In this document: positions 49,519 through 61,200 of the stretch, in pieces
Position numbering within the stretch: position 1 is the stretch's first letter
Layout of the letters: every line of letters begins with the position of its first letter
Assembly: GCF_021869535.1 (NCBI RefSeq)
Contig: NW_026262701.1
Coordinates: 110,484,001 to 110,548,000 of the forward strand
Length of the DNA: 64,000 bases
Direction of reading: 5' to 3'
Source of the DNA: Mytilus californianus
Taxonomy: Eukaryota
Notes under the pieces: model-generated
Told to the model about the DNA's origin: nothing
Database searches by the model: none
What the model saw: only the letters and a program-made list of their open reading frames with translations
Made by a program: the position numbers and the translations under genes

Positions 49519-50526
49519 CCTGTTTTCCACAAAACATCTGACCACTCAATCTTGTCCTTTCGACCGCTTGTAAAACTTACTCGGGGGTTAGTCTCCCTTT
49601 AACTGGAGAATGCGGTAGCTAATCACTGATTAGAACTAACGGGTCTCACTAATTGCCGACAAGACGATTATATTTAGTGACAAGAAAACAAATATCGTCA
49701 AGAAATCTATATTAATCATTTTCATTATTTCATTATACTGATAGATGAAGAAAATAATCATTTTTAAAAAAATCGGGATGTACCTTTTGATCATTATCAA
49801 GAATATGTTGAAGTTTGTATTTACTTTTATCATGATGCACAATATACAAACTTTAAGCAGGAACATATATAGATATTCTGTTTCCAGCTTTAAGGTAATC
49901 AAAACAAAGATTTTCAACTTTCTTTAGAAGAATTTATTGAAACAAAAACAAAATATTGTTTCCTTAACTAACAGTGCAATTCATTGTTTTTGCCTAGGGT
50001 AATTCATAAATATAAGAATGGCGTTACGCGTGTCCCTAGTTTTATTGCTAAAATAAAATCCAATTAACAAGTTTAACTCAGTTTAACTAAGTACGCACGC
50101 CAGCCTATGCAATACCACGCGCTAGAATTATATACGATCATTGTAAATAGTGAACACCTGTTGTCGGAAAACTCAACATTGTCTTTTAAGATTTAAATAT
50201 CGTTCAATGATGCAATACTGTACACATAATAAATGTATTTATCCTGCAATCAGCCAACTATTGTACAAATAACAGGTACACAAATAAATTTTTGCTTTAT
50301 TTGTATTTCTACATGTACTTGTACAAATAAAGTCTCCTGTTACTCCTCTTCCATGTTGAGCAAGCGGTAATGTGGATATTTCTTTTTGCGTACCAGTTCA
50401 TTTTGGGGTCCTCTTCGCGGTCCGCGTTTAAACTACGTCGATTTCTTTGAAAAATTAGAGACTATGATTTAGATTTTAACAACTAAAGTTTCAAGTGTTG
50501 GGTGTAAATTTCAGGATAAAAACAAT

Positions 50527-50666
50527 ATATATGTACATTGTCGGAAAATATAAAATTTATTTGTACTCGCTGCGAAACAGGAGAAAAGCTCGGCGAGCCT
50601 CACTTTTCGTCCTGTTTCTAAAGCTCATACAAATAAATTTGATATTTTCCGACAATGTACATATAT
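50527..50666. mobile_element. 140-bp hairpin MITE
   Basis: 39-bp inverted repeat atatatgtacattgtcggaaaatat[a/c]aaatttatttgta with one mismatch. Confidence 0.7.
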
Positions 50667-50869
50667 TGTATATGAACACAAATAATTCTATTTGCATGCA
50701 GTTTTATATTTATTCTTTAATGTTCAAATTTCTGTTTCAGCTCTGTAATTATTTCCCCATAAATGTTGACAAGGATAGTTTTCAAAAATTTATAAGATAA
50801 CTTTAATTGAAACATATAAATATTCTAAAATGCTGTTAAAATTGATATGAAAATCATGCACGTGTATAT

Positions 50870-50974
50870 GGGTGTTGCTAAACGGCGGAAACGGAATACG
50901 GAACATATATGTCAATGTTTTTTTTTTGTTTCCGTTTTCGTTCCGTATTCCGTTTCCGCCGTTTAGCAACACCC
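50870..50974. mobile_element. 105-bp MITE with 9-bp TSD (Mutator- or Merlin-like)
   Basis: Perfect 35-bp TIR GGGTGTTGCTAAACGGCGGAAACGGAATACGGAAC; perfect TSD CGTGTATAT (50861-50869 and 50975-50983). Confidence 0.9.
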
Positions 50975-51094
50975 CGTGTATATATGTCTCTGATTATAGT
51001 AGTCTCGGTAATAAAAAGGATTTATGTAGTCTTACTATCTAAATGCTTGGTAATGCATTATTAACATTTTTATTATTTTGAACATGAAGCAATT

Positions 51095-51708
51095 CCGGTG
51101 GGTCTTTTCACCACCGAACACCACCGCACACCGCCGAACACCACCGAACACCCCAAAAATTATTTTTTTTATCTCTTATTGTTATAAATGTGACCTAAAT
51201 ATAATATTTGAGTTATTAATTCAACAAATAATAAGGTTAAGAGAACAAATATCTACATCGAACAGAAAAGAAGAGTCTATGACACTACAACTCAGCAAAC
51301 CACCACCGGACACCTCAAATAATTTTTTCTTCTTCATTTTTTTCCTTCTTTTATAAAATAGTTATTACAATAATAAGAAAAGAGACATGAACAAATGTTA
51401 AATATTTCGAATAACTAATATCCTTCAGAAGTAATTGATGTCAAATGATTCTTATACACACACAATGTAATCCGGAAAAATAGTGATGGATCCGGAGACG
51501 TTTTTCTTGATATTGATTATTTATGATAATCGACTTTAAACAGAAAAATGATGCACATTAACATCTAAAAATTTGTTAAATTAGACGTAATTTAATTTAT
51601 TTTACCGTTTTATTGTATACAAAATCACTGATTTTCTTAGTGGTTGATGGTTTTTTTTTGGGTGTTCGGCGGTGTGCGGTGGTGTTCGGTGGTGAAAAGA
51701 CCCACCCG
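51095..51708. mobile_element. 614-bp MITE with 8-9-bp TSD and CACCGAACAC subterminal repeats
   Basis: About 48-bp TIR C(C/G)GGTGGGTCTTTTCACCACCGAACACC...; (G)AAGCAATT on both flanks. Confidence 0.85.
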
Positions 51709-51862
51709 AAGCAATTATGTGCGTTTTTGATGGTATTTGTGTGTTTTGGTACTTGGACGTTGTTTGAGTGGTTCTTGTTAGATATCAGCCTACTGTAGAT
51801 GTTTGACTGCATAATAATATCATTATGTAAAGCAAATTTCGACAGAAGAAAATAAATTTAAA

Positions 51863-51983
51863 ATGGCACGACTTTTCAGAAATTTTCGCTTTGTATTACA
51901 GGTTGTGAACAGCACATCACATACAACTAAGAGATATTTGCAGGCGAACGTGACTGACAATGCTCAGAAAGTTGCAGTTGCAG
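51863..51983 (+). CDS. NFS1: NFS1 exon 1 (mitochondrial targeting peptide)
   Basis: AAAATGG start; MARLFRNFRFVLQVVNSTSHTTKRYLQANVTDNAQKVAVA (Arg-rich, acid-poor); donor GCAG|GTATTC, phase 1, matches the acceptor at 56283. Confidence 0.7.
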
Positions 51984-52165
51984 GTATTCTTGTGTCAAAA
52001 AGAAACTGAAAGATACATACACTGATACACGTTGTTTCTCAATGTTCACGGAACTAATAAAAAACACATATTAAAAGAACATGAATTTAATTTGAGGCTG
52101 TGTTAGTAGGCTTATTGCAATATAGATCTTTTAAATACAGAACATGTTCATAGCAAATACAATAC

Positions 52166-52361
52166 ACCTTATCACTATTTGGAAATCTGTCCCGCTTCAA
52201 CGCTTGACCCGAGGACCTGTTCCGCTTGAACTTTTGATGTCATACAACAATCACTTTTCCATTGTGGCGTCAGATATATTCTATTATGACGTCAAAATTT
52301 TACGGGAACTTTTGTGATGTCCAGTAATCATGGTAATGGCGGACAAATAGCGATAAGGTAT
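52166..52361. mobile_element. About 195-bp MITE (Tc1/mariner-like ends)
   Basis: ACCTTATCACTATTTG vs CAAATAGCGATAAGGT inverted ends. Confidence 0.55.
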
Positions 52362-52709
52362 GGAAAGTATGGGTTGTATATAGCAACCCATACTTTGTTT
52401 AACAAAATTCTTCTGGTCTCTTTATCATTAAAATATCAGTCAGGGATACTACTTTTACAATTCAGAATCACATTTTCAAGTGATTTCAGCTGTGAAAAAT
52501 TGAAAAATTTACACAAAACTTTTCACAGACTTTTTAAAATCACTGAAACAAGTAATTTGAGAAGTAAAACTGTAAACACTTCAGTAAGGCCAAAATAAAA
52601 AAAACTTATACATAATGCTTATTACTACAAAACACAGATCAAGTTTGAATTTGGGTGGCGTCACTTTTACCATTCTAGAGTTATGGCATATGCCCCTTTA
52701 CAAATGGAA

Positions 52710-55592
52710 TAAAATGCTTCGCTGGGGCGCAGCTTAATACGACCGCAGAGGTCGAACCCTGAACAGTTGGGGCAAGTATGGACACAACATTCAAGCTTGA
52801 TACAGCTCTGAATTTGGATTATTAAATATTTGAAACAGCATAGGTTTCTGACACAGAAAGAATGTGGTCTAAGAACTTGAATTTTTTTAATTTACCTATT
52901 ATGGTCCAATGTCTAAAATCAAAATACATGGTTAGATTCAGTATATCAAAGAACCCCATATATTCAATTTTTGTTAAAATCAAACAAAGTTTAATTTTGG
53001 ACCCCAACTTGGACCAACTTGAAAACTGGGCCCATAATCAAAAATCTAAACACATGTTTAGATTCAGCATATCAAAGAACCCCAAGAATTCAATTTTTGC
53101 TAAAATCAAACTAAGTTTAATTTTGGACCCTTTGGACCTTAATGTAGACCAATTTAAAAAACGGGACTTAAAATTAAAAATCTAAATACACGGTAAGATT
53201 TGGAATATCAAAGAACCCTAATAATTCAATTTTTGATGAAATCAAACAAAGTTTAATTTTGGACCCTTTTGACCTCAATATGAACCAATTTGATAGCGGA
53301 GCCCACAAATAAAAAATCTAAATTCATGGTTAGATTCAGCATATCAAAGAACCCCATATATTCAATTTTTGTTGAAATCAAAAAAAGTTTAATTTTGGAC
53401 CCCAACTTGGACCAACTTGAAAACTGGGCCCATAATCAAAAATCTAAACACATGTTTAGATTCAGCATATCAAAGAACCCCAAGAATTCAATTTTTGTTA
53501 AAATCAAACTAAGTTTAATTTTGGACCCTTTGGACCTCAATGAAGACCAATTTAAAAAACGGGACCCAAATTAAACATCTAAAAACACGGTTAGATTTGG
53601 AATATCAAAGAACCCCAATAATTCAATTTTTGATGAAATCAAACAAAGTTTAATTTTGGACCCTTTTGACCTCAATATGAACCAATTTGATAGCGGGGCC
53701 TACAAATAAAAAATCTAAATACATGGTTAGATTCGGCATATCAAAGAACCTCATATATTTAATTTTTGTTGAAATCAAACAAAGTTTAATTTTGGACCCC
53801 AATTTGGACCAACTTGAAAAATGGGCCCATAATCAAAAATCTAAATACATGTTTAGATTCAGCATATCAAAGAACCCCATATATTCAATTTTTGTTGAAA
53901 TCAAACAAAGTTTAAATACTGGACCCTATCTTGGACCAACTTGAAAACTGGGCCCATAATCAAAAATCTAAACACATGTTTAGATTCAGCATATCAAAGA
54001 ACCCCAAGAATTCAATTTTTGTTAAAATCAAACTAAGTTTAATTTTGGACCCTTTGGACCTTAATGTAGACCAATTTAAAAAACAGGACCCAAAATTAAA
54101 AATCTAAATACACGGTTAGATTTGGAATATCAAAGAGCCCCAATAATTCAATTTTAGATGAAATCAAGCAAAGTTTAATTTTGGACCCTTTTGACCTCAA
54201 TATGAACCAATTTGATAATGGGGTCCACAAATAAAAAATCTAAATACATGGTTAGATTCAGCATATCAAAGAACTCCATATATTCAATTTTTGTTGAAAT
54301 CAAACAAAGTTTAATTTTGGACCCCAATTTGGACCAACTTGAAAACTGGGCCAAAAATCAATAATCAAAAATACATGTTTAGATTCAGCATATCAAAGAA
54401 CCTCAAATATTCAATTTTTGCTAAAATCAAACAAAGTTTAATTTTGGACCCTTTGGACCTTAATGTAGACTATTTTGAAAACTGGACCCAAAATTAAAAA
54501 TCTAAATACACTGTTAGATTCGGCATAACAAATAAATAAATGTGATCAAAGATTTAACAAATCTAATGCGCCATACTGTGCAATTAAAGATTACTTCTTG
54601 AAATTTTTCAATATTTGAAATTTGAAAAAAAAATAACATTTGAGGAATAATTCTTTTTAATTTCTGAAATCTGAAATGAGAAAAAATTGACCCTCCACAA
54701 TTTCTTTTTATCCCCCCCCCCCCCCCCCACTTTTTTTCCCCAAAAAAATTCTTTCCCTCAAGATATGGTGATAATCTCAATTCAAATTTCCAATGGAGTT
54801 GGCAACCATAATTACCCATTTAAATTTACCATAGTGCTAACTTAATCTATTTTATAATAGAATTAAAAATATAGTGTCAAATCTTTCATATGGATTTTTT
54901 TGTAAAAAAAAATGATGCAACATTTGCAGATATTTTTACTGGTCTTCCTTTATAAATATGTATTTCTTTAAACATAATTTGAAAGCAGTGTAAGGGAAGT
55001 AACCAAAACGTATTTGGATTACCTCCCTTACACTGTTTTAAATTATCTTTATTGTTTATTAACCATTACTTTATACATAATTTAAAAGCAGTGTAAGGGA
55101 GATAATTTCAATGATGTATTTGATTTATCTCCCTTACACTGCTTTAAATTATGTTTTGTACTAAAGTATTTGTCCATTAACCAGTACAACCTTGTTTTTC
55201 CCCCTTTTTTGCCCCTAATTCCTAAACGGATTGAGCCATAACCCCCCAAAGCAAATCCTAACCATCCCTTTGTGGTATGGAAACTTGTAGTATAATTTCA
55301 GAGAGATCCATACAACGTTCCACAGTTATTGTCTGGAAACTAGAAAATGCTTATTTTTGGCCCCTTTTTGGCCCCTAATTCCTTAACTGTTGGTACCATA
55401 ACTCCAAAATCAATCCCAACCTTCCTTTTGTGGTATTTAACCTTATGGTAAAATTTCATGGAGATCCATTCACTTAAACTAAAGTTAGAGTGCGAAAACC
55501 AATGTGTCTTCGGACGACGACGCCGGACGACGACGACGACGCCAACGTCATACCAATATATGACCACAAAATTTTTTGGCGGTCGTATAAAA
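52710..55592 (+). mobile_element. DINE-1/HINE-like (Helentron-associated) element carrying a tandem array
   Basis: 5' subterminal ATACGACCGC (52737-52746); (GAC)n microsatellite; 3' hairpin atatgaccacaaaattttttggcggtcgtat (55558-55588); inserted into an A-run. Confidence 0.75.
52900..54535. repeat. Higher-order tandem array of 126/136/136-bp monomers (about 398-bp HOR)
   Basis: Marker atcaaaga at 52945, 53071, 53207, 53343, 53469, 53604, 53740, 53866, 53993, 54129, 54265 and 54392. Confidence 0.9.
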
Positions 55593-56282
55593 ATTCCTGA
55601 ATTTTTAGTTTTAGTTCTCTAACGTTTGTTTGCCTCAACCAAATGTTATAAAACTTATACACAATGCTTATTACCATTCTAGAGTTATGGCATATGCCCC
55701 TTCACAAATGGAAAAAAAATGCTGAATTTTTAGTTTCAGTTCTATAACTTTTGTTTGCCTCAACCAAATGTTATGAAACTTATACACAATGCTTATTACC
55801 ACAAAACACAGATCAAGTTTGAATTTGGGTAGCATCACTTTTACATATCTAGAGTTATGCCCCTTTACAAATGAAAAAATTACTGAATTTTCGTTTTCCG
55901 TTTTTGAACAAGTTTGCCTCAACCAAATGTTATGAATCTTATACACAAGGCTTATTACCACAAAACACAGATCAAATTTGCATTTTGGTGGTGTCACTTT
56001 TACTGTTCTAGAGTTATGCCCCTTTACAAATGGAAAATTGCTGAATTTTTCGTTTCCGTTCTATAACTTAAGTTTGCCTCAACCAAATGTTATGAAACTT
56101 ATACACAATGCTTATCACCACAAAACTCAGATCAAGTACAAATTTGGGTAGCGTTACTTTTACCATTCTCTAGTTATGTCCCTTTATAACAGTGTTTGCA
56201 AGTGGGGGCATCATGGGACACATTCCCCATTTATTTTTTTGTAAATTGATTTTTTTACTAGATTGTTTTATATTTTATCTAG

Positions 56283-56374
56283 TTAAACATCCTGATACAT
56301 TTGAGACCAGGAAGGACATGCCACCAGAAGATATGAGACCGCTGTATATGGATACTCAGTCAACCACACCATTG
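56283..56374 (+). CDS. NFS1: NFS1 exon 2
   Basis: Acceptor tattttatctAG, donor TTG|GTAATA; ...MRPLYMDTQSTTPL (NifS/IscS N-terminal motif). Confidence 0.9.
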
Positions 56375-57210
56375 GTAATAATATTTTAAGGTTATTTGAT
56401 GAAAATATTTTCTTCAAGGGCACTTATCAAAATAAAAGTAGGTGCATGAAATTAGTTTCAGTGAAAAAATAATGTACACATTTATACATAAATTGTATGT
56501 AAAAGCAACAACATATTTATCAGTACTCACGATTCATTGATATTAAATGTATAGTAGGTTACCAATTTTTGTGAATTTTGTGGGTATGGGGAAACCAAAA
56601 ATACTCCATAAAATACAAATATTTAGATACTTTCTTTAGAGCAAATAATTAAACCATAAAATAATGTACACTAGTAATCATGGTAATAGCTTTTATAAAA
56701 AGCTTGCAATTTGACAAGTAATAGCTTTCCTAAAAATTTTGCAATTAGAAAATTAGTAGCATTTCTAAAAAGCTTGTAAATAGACAAGTAATTGCCTTTC
56801 AAAGCTTGTAATTGGACAACTAAGGTTGTTTGGCATTATAGTTTCTTCCGTTCACTGTTGCATATAAATTTTATTGTGGTTACAAAACAAGGACAAGATG
56901 ATTGGCTGATACAATTTTTGTGGTTTTAACTTTTTCGGGTGATGTTTTATATAAACCTTAAAAAGGAGGTAAGTTTTAGATCACAAGCATTCTTTTCTTA
57001 TCTCATTTTGGTTAAATTTGATTCCAATGAGTATCGCAATGATAAGAATTCTCGTCCTGATATCCGATACATATAACTGTATGCTGATTTTTCGGAAATC
57101 ACAATAATTAATCTCACATTTTTGTCCTTTCTTACAAAACTGCAATAATAATTGCAAGCAATAATTTCTGAATCTACAGTATATTTACCGTAATTTCATA
57201 TTTTATTTGT

Positions 57211-59967
57211 TTTTATACGACCGCAAACAAATTTTTGGGATTGTATAATGGAATTAATTACTTTTGGAGTGTCAAGAACTCGTTGGAAGTACTTGATAAA
57301 TTGCATGCATATATTGGTGATTTTGAATCTGTTCAAAGTTTTGATTTTTCTACCCTATATACCACATTGCCTCACATTCTCATTAAGAAAAAATTCACAC
57401 ACCTAATTAAATGGGCATTTAAAAAGTCAGAATGTAAATATATATGTTCAAACTCTTTTAGGTCATTTTTTAGTAGCAATAAACAAAAAAACTATGTGAA
57501 TTGGACATGCTTTGATACTATATATGCCCTTGAATTTTTACTAGATAACATTTTTGTTCGCTTTGGAGATTCCGTATATCGTCAGGTTATCGGAATTCCA
57601 ATGGGGACTAACTGTGCACCACTTATTGCGGACCTTTTTTTGTATTGCTATGAGTTACAATTTATGACAAAAATCAGCAAAGACCCATCGAAACAACATC
57701 TGATACACAAATTTAATAATACTTTTAGATATTTGGATGATATTTTGGCTCTCAATAACGACGACTTCAGTATGTATACTAAAGAAATTTATCCTGTTGA
57801 ACTTACTTTAAATAAAGCTAATACTAACAATGACCACTGCCCTTTCCTCGATCTTGATATCTATATCATTAACGGAAAGCTTAATACTAAAATATATGAT
57901 AAAAGAGATGATTTTTCATTTCCTATCGTTAATTATCCATTTTTAGATGGTGACGTTCCCTTGTCACCATCTTACGGTGTTTATATATCTCAACTTGTAC
58001 GATTCGCTCGTGTATGTAACAATGTTTTAGATTTTAACGAGAGAAATTTATGTATTACTGAAAAATTATTACACCAGGGTTTTCGATATCACAAACTAGG
58101 CAAAACATTTACTAAATTTTATCATCGGTATAAGGACATCATTCGTAAATATAGCTCAACATGCAGACTTCTTATACGTTCAGGTATTTCACATCCAATT
58201 TTTTATGGAAATATTCTTTATAAAGCACAAAAATGTCAGTATTCACCTCTGAAGCTAACAAAACCTTTAAATAGACTTATTAAGAAGGGATATAGTTACG
58301 ATACTGTTGTCAGGTCATTAAAGATTGCATATTTTGGCGTTAATATTGATTCACTTATAGGGTCTTTGCATCGGCACTAAACACATTTATTTAAAAACCA
58401 GTTGTTGGCATGACACGGGTTATGTTCTTCTCATATATGTTATGATGGTATGATACTAAACATCTAACGGGAAGGATTGTGCCTGATATTCATATGATGA
58501 AGACATAATCTTTCAATCAGTTTAATTGAAGTCTGGAGCTGGCATGTCAGTTAACTGCTAGTAGTCTGTTGTTATTTATGTATTATTGTCATTTTGTTTA
58601 TTTTCTTTGGTTACATCTTCTGACATCAGACTCGGACTTCTCTTGAACTGAATTTTAATGTGCGTATTGTTATGCGTTTACTTTTCTACATTGGCTAGAG
58701 GTATAGGGGGAGGGTTGAGATCTCATAAACATGTTTAACCCCGCTGCATTTTTGCGCCTATCCCAAGTCAGGAGCCTCTAGCCTTTGTTAGTCTTGTATT
58801 ATTTTTAATTTTAGTTTTTTGTGTACAATTTGGAGTTTAGTATGGCGTTCATTATCACTGAACTAGTATATATATTTGTTTAGGGGCCAGCTGAAGGACG
58901 CCTCCGGGTGCGTGAATTTCCCGCTGCATTGAAGACCTGTTGGTGACCTTCTGCTGTTGTCTGTTCTATGGTCGGGTTGTTGTCTCTTTGACACATTCCC
59001 CATTTCCATTCTCAATTTTATGATGTCGTCGTCGTCCGAAGACACATTGGTTTCCGGACAATAACTTTAGTTTAAGTTAATGGATCACTATGAATTTTTT
59101 AAGAAGGTTCAATACCACGAAAGGAAAGTTGGGATTGATTTTGGGGATGATGGTCTCAGCCGTTTAGGAATTAGGGGCCCAAAAGGGGCCCAAAACAAAC
59201 ATTTTTTCTAGTTTCAGGATAATAACTTGTGTATAAGTATTTTGATTGCTCTGAAATTGTACAACAATGTTTAATACCACAAGTAGAAGGTTGGGATTCA
59301 TATAAGGGGTTATGGGGCAAACAGTTTAGGGATAAAGGGCCTAAAAGGGGCCAAAAACAACAATTTTTGTAGTTTCCGGACAATAACTTGTGTGTAAGTG
59401 TATGGATCTCTCTGATATTGTACCATAAGGTTCCATATCACAAAGGGAAGGCTGGGATTGAGTTTGGGGGTAATTGCCTCAAACATGTAGGAATTAGGGG
59501 GCAAAAAAGGGCCAAAAACATGCATTATTCTAGTTTCCAAACAATAACTTTTGTTAGATGTGTATGGATCTCTCTGAAAATGTACTACAAGGTTCCATAC
59601 TACAAAGGAAAGAATTGGATCGAGTCTTGGGGTAATTGCTCCAAGGGGGGATTCCAAAAGTCGCGGGGGGCGAGGGGAAGGGGGGTTTCCAATTTTTTTA
59701 AGGAATTCACATTTTTTTCAAAAATTTTCAAATTTCAAATTTTGTAAAAGTTTCAAGAAGTAATCTTCAGTTGCACAGTATTGCGCAATAGATTTGTAAG
59801 ATCTTTTACCACATTTGTTTTGTGTTAGAAACCTATAATGTGTCAAAAATTTGATCACAATCAAAATTCAGACAGTATCAAGCTTGAATATTATATCCAA
59901 ATTTGCCCCAACTGTTCAGGGTTCGACCTCTGCGGTCGTATCAGGCTGAGCTCAGCGAAGCATTTTA
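57211..59967 (-). mobile_element. Second copy of the HINE-like element (no tandem array), interrupted by a Naiad
   Basis: 5' end at 59860-59967 is the reverse complement of 52710-52815; (GAC)n at 59021-59040; 3' hairpin half at 57211-57250. Confidence 0.75.
57250..59020 (+). mobile_element. 5'-truncated Naiad-type Penelope-like element with a stop-free RT ORF (ends 58380) and about 640-bp 3' region
   Basis: SFDFSTLYTTLPH, GIPMGTNCAPLIADLFLY, RYLDDIL, KIYDKRDDFSFPIVNYPFL, YGVYISQLVRFARVC; the RT is C-terminal with no GIY-YIG after it. Confidence 0.9.
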
Positions 59968-60265
59968 TTAGTTTTAGTGGGGAGATTTGAGAATTATGTT
60001 CTCAGTATCACATGTGAGCATTGAGAATTTTGCAATTAGTATAAATGGTGAGCATTGAGAACACTATTCTTGGTATCAATGCATATATGGTGAGAATTGC
60101 CCGTTGCAAAATCTAATGCAATCTGGGTTTATATTTTCAAAAGCATACACCAGAACACTGTGATAGGCTTACAACGCCTCAAACAATTGAAATTCAACCA
60201 ATGATGTGACGTTGTTTTCATTTTTGGGTATGAACAATGAAATTATCCATGGTCCTTTAGATTCT

Positions 60266-60361
60266 GAGAATTATGCTTTTAGTTAGAGATGAGCATTGAG
60301 AATTATGCTTTTAGTTAGAGATGAGCATTGAGAATTATGCTTTTAGTTAGAGATGAGCATT
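60266..60361. repeat. 32-bp tandem repeat x3 within a decayed array
   Basis: Unit gagaattatgcttttagttagagatgagcatt. Confidence 0.85.
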
Positions 60362-60557
60362 AAGAAATTTGAGAACTCTGAATTTTGTCTTCATGTCATA
60401 TATATTGAGTATTTGGAATATTCATGATATTGCTTTTAGTATTATTGGTGAGAATTTAGAATCTGCTCTGAGTATCAACAGTGAGCTAGAGGATTCTGTC
60501 ATTTGTTGACTAAGTGTAGTAATTTCTACTATAAACAAAACATTTATTATTTTGCAG

Positions 60558-60674
60558 GATCCTAGAGTATTGGATGCAATGTTACCGTACTTTGTTGGTT
60601 CTTATGGTAATCCACATTCCAGAACTCATGCCTATGGCTGGGAAAGTGAAGCAGCTGTAGAAAAAGCCAGAAAA
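60558..60674 (+). CDS. NFS1: NFS1 exon 3
   Basis: tttgcAG / GTTTGT; [39 protein letters not shown]; 117 nt, phase 0-0. Confidence 0.95.
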
Positions 60675-60739
60675 GTTTGTATTATCTCTTACAGTTCAAT
60701 TATCACTTTAATATAGGAATTTGTAAAAATAAGTAGTAG

Positions 60740-61200
60740 TTCTCTCTTTAAGGTTTACCCTTGTCCATACAAATGTCCAGAAACTGGTTTCTGTTCTCTA
60801 ACTTTAGTTTGCCTCAATCAAATGTTATGAAACTTATACACAACGCTTATTTCCACCAAACAGAGATTAAGTTTGAATTTTGGTTGCATCGCTTTCACTG
60901 TTTGTTGAGTTTTGTCCCTTTATTAATGGAAAAATTGCTGAATTTGCCGTTTCCCCACTCTAACTTTACTTTGCCACAACCTAATGTTCTGTACCTTATA
61001 CACAATGATTATTATTACCACCAAACACAGATTAATTTGGAATGTGGGTGGCGTCACTTTCACTGTTCTTATGTTATGCCCCTTTATAGATGGAAAATTG
61101 CCAAGTTTGCTGTTTTGCGCACTCTATCACTTTTACTGTTCTGGAGTTATCATGCCTCTTTTATAACTGGAAATATTTATTTGTCCACATTCTAACTGAT
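60740..61200 (+). repeat. Diverged copies of the 160-bp HINE core repeat
   Basis: Same unit as 55600-56200 and 63500-64000. Confidence 0.7.

Larger units (their letters stand above)
52590..56230 (+). mobile_element. DINE-1/HINE-like element with 160-bp core repeats, split by a second HINE-like element
   Basis: 160-bp unit (aaacttatacacaatgcttattaccac...) occurs at 52605-52710 and resumes at 55593 in mid-unit; ends with ggggcatca, complementary to the atgcccc of the family 5' hairpin seen at 63440. Confidence 0.65.

Noticed and set aside
52822-53944. ORFs of 61-107 aa in the 126/136-bp array
   Set aside because: They are translations of satellite monomers and have no splice or domain support.
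57235-57250. N-terminus (MGLYN) of the 381-aa ORF as a real start
   Set aside because: It begins at a TTG within the HINE terminus; the RT proper starts at GINYFW and is 5'-truncated.
60761-61195. 144-aa ORF in NFS1 intron 3
   Set aside because: It is a translation of diverged 160-bp core repeats.
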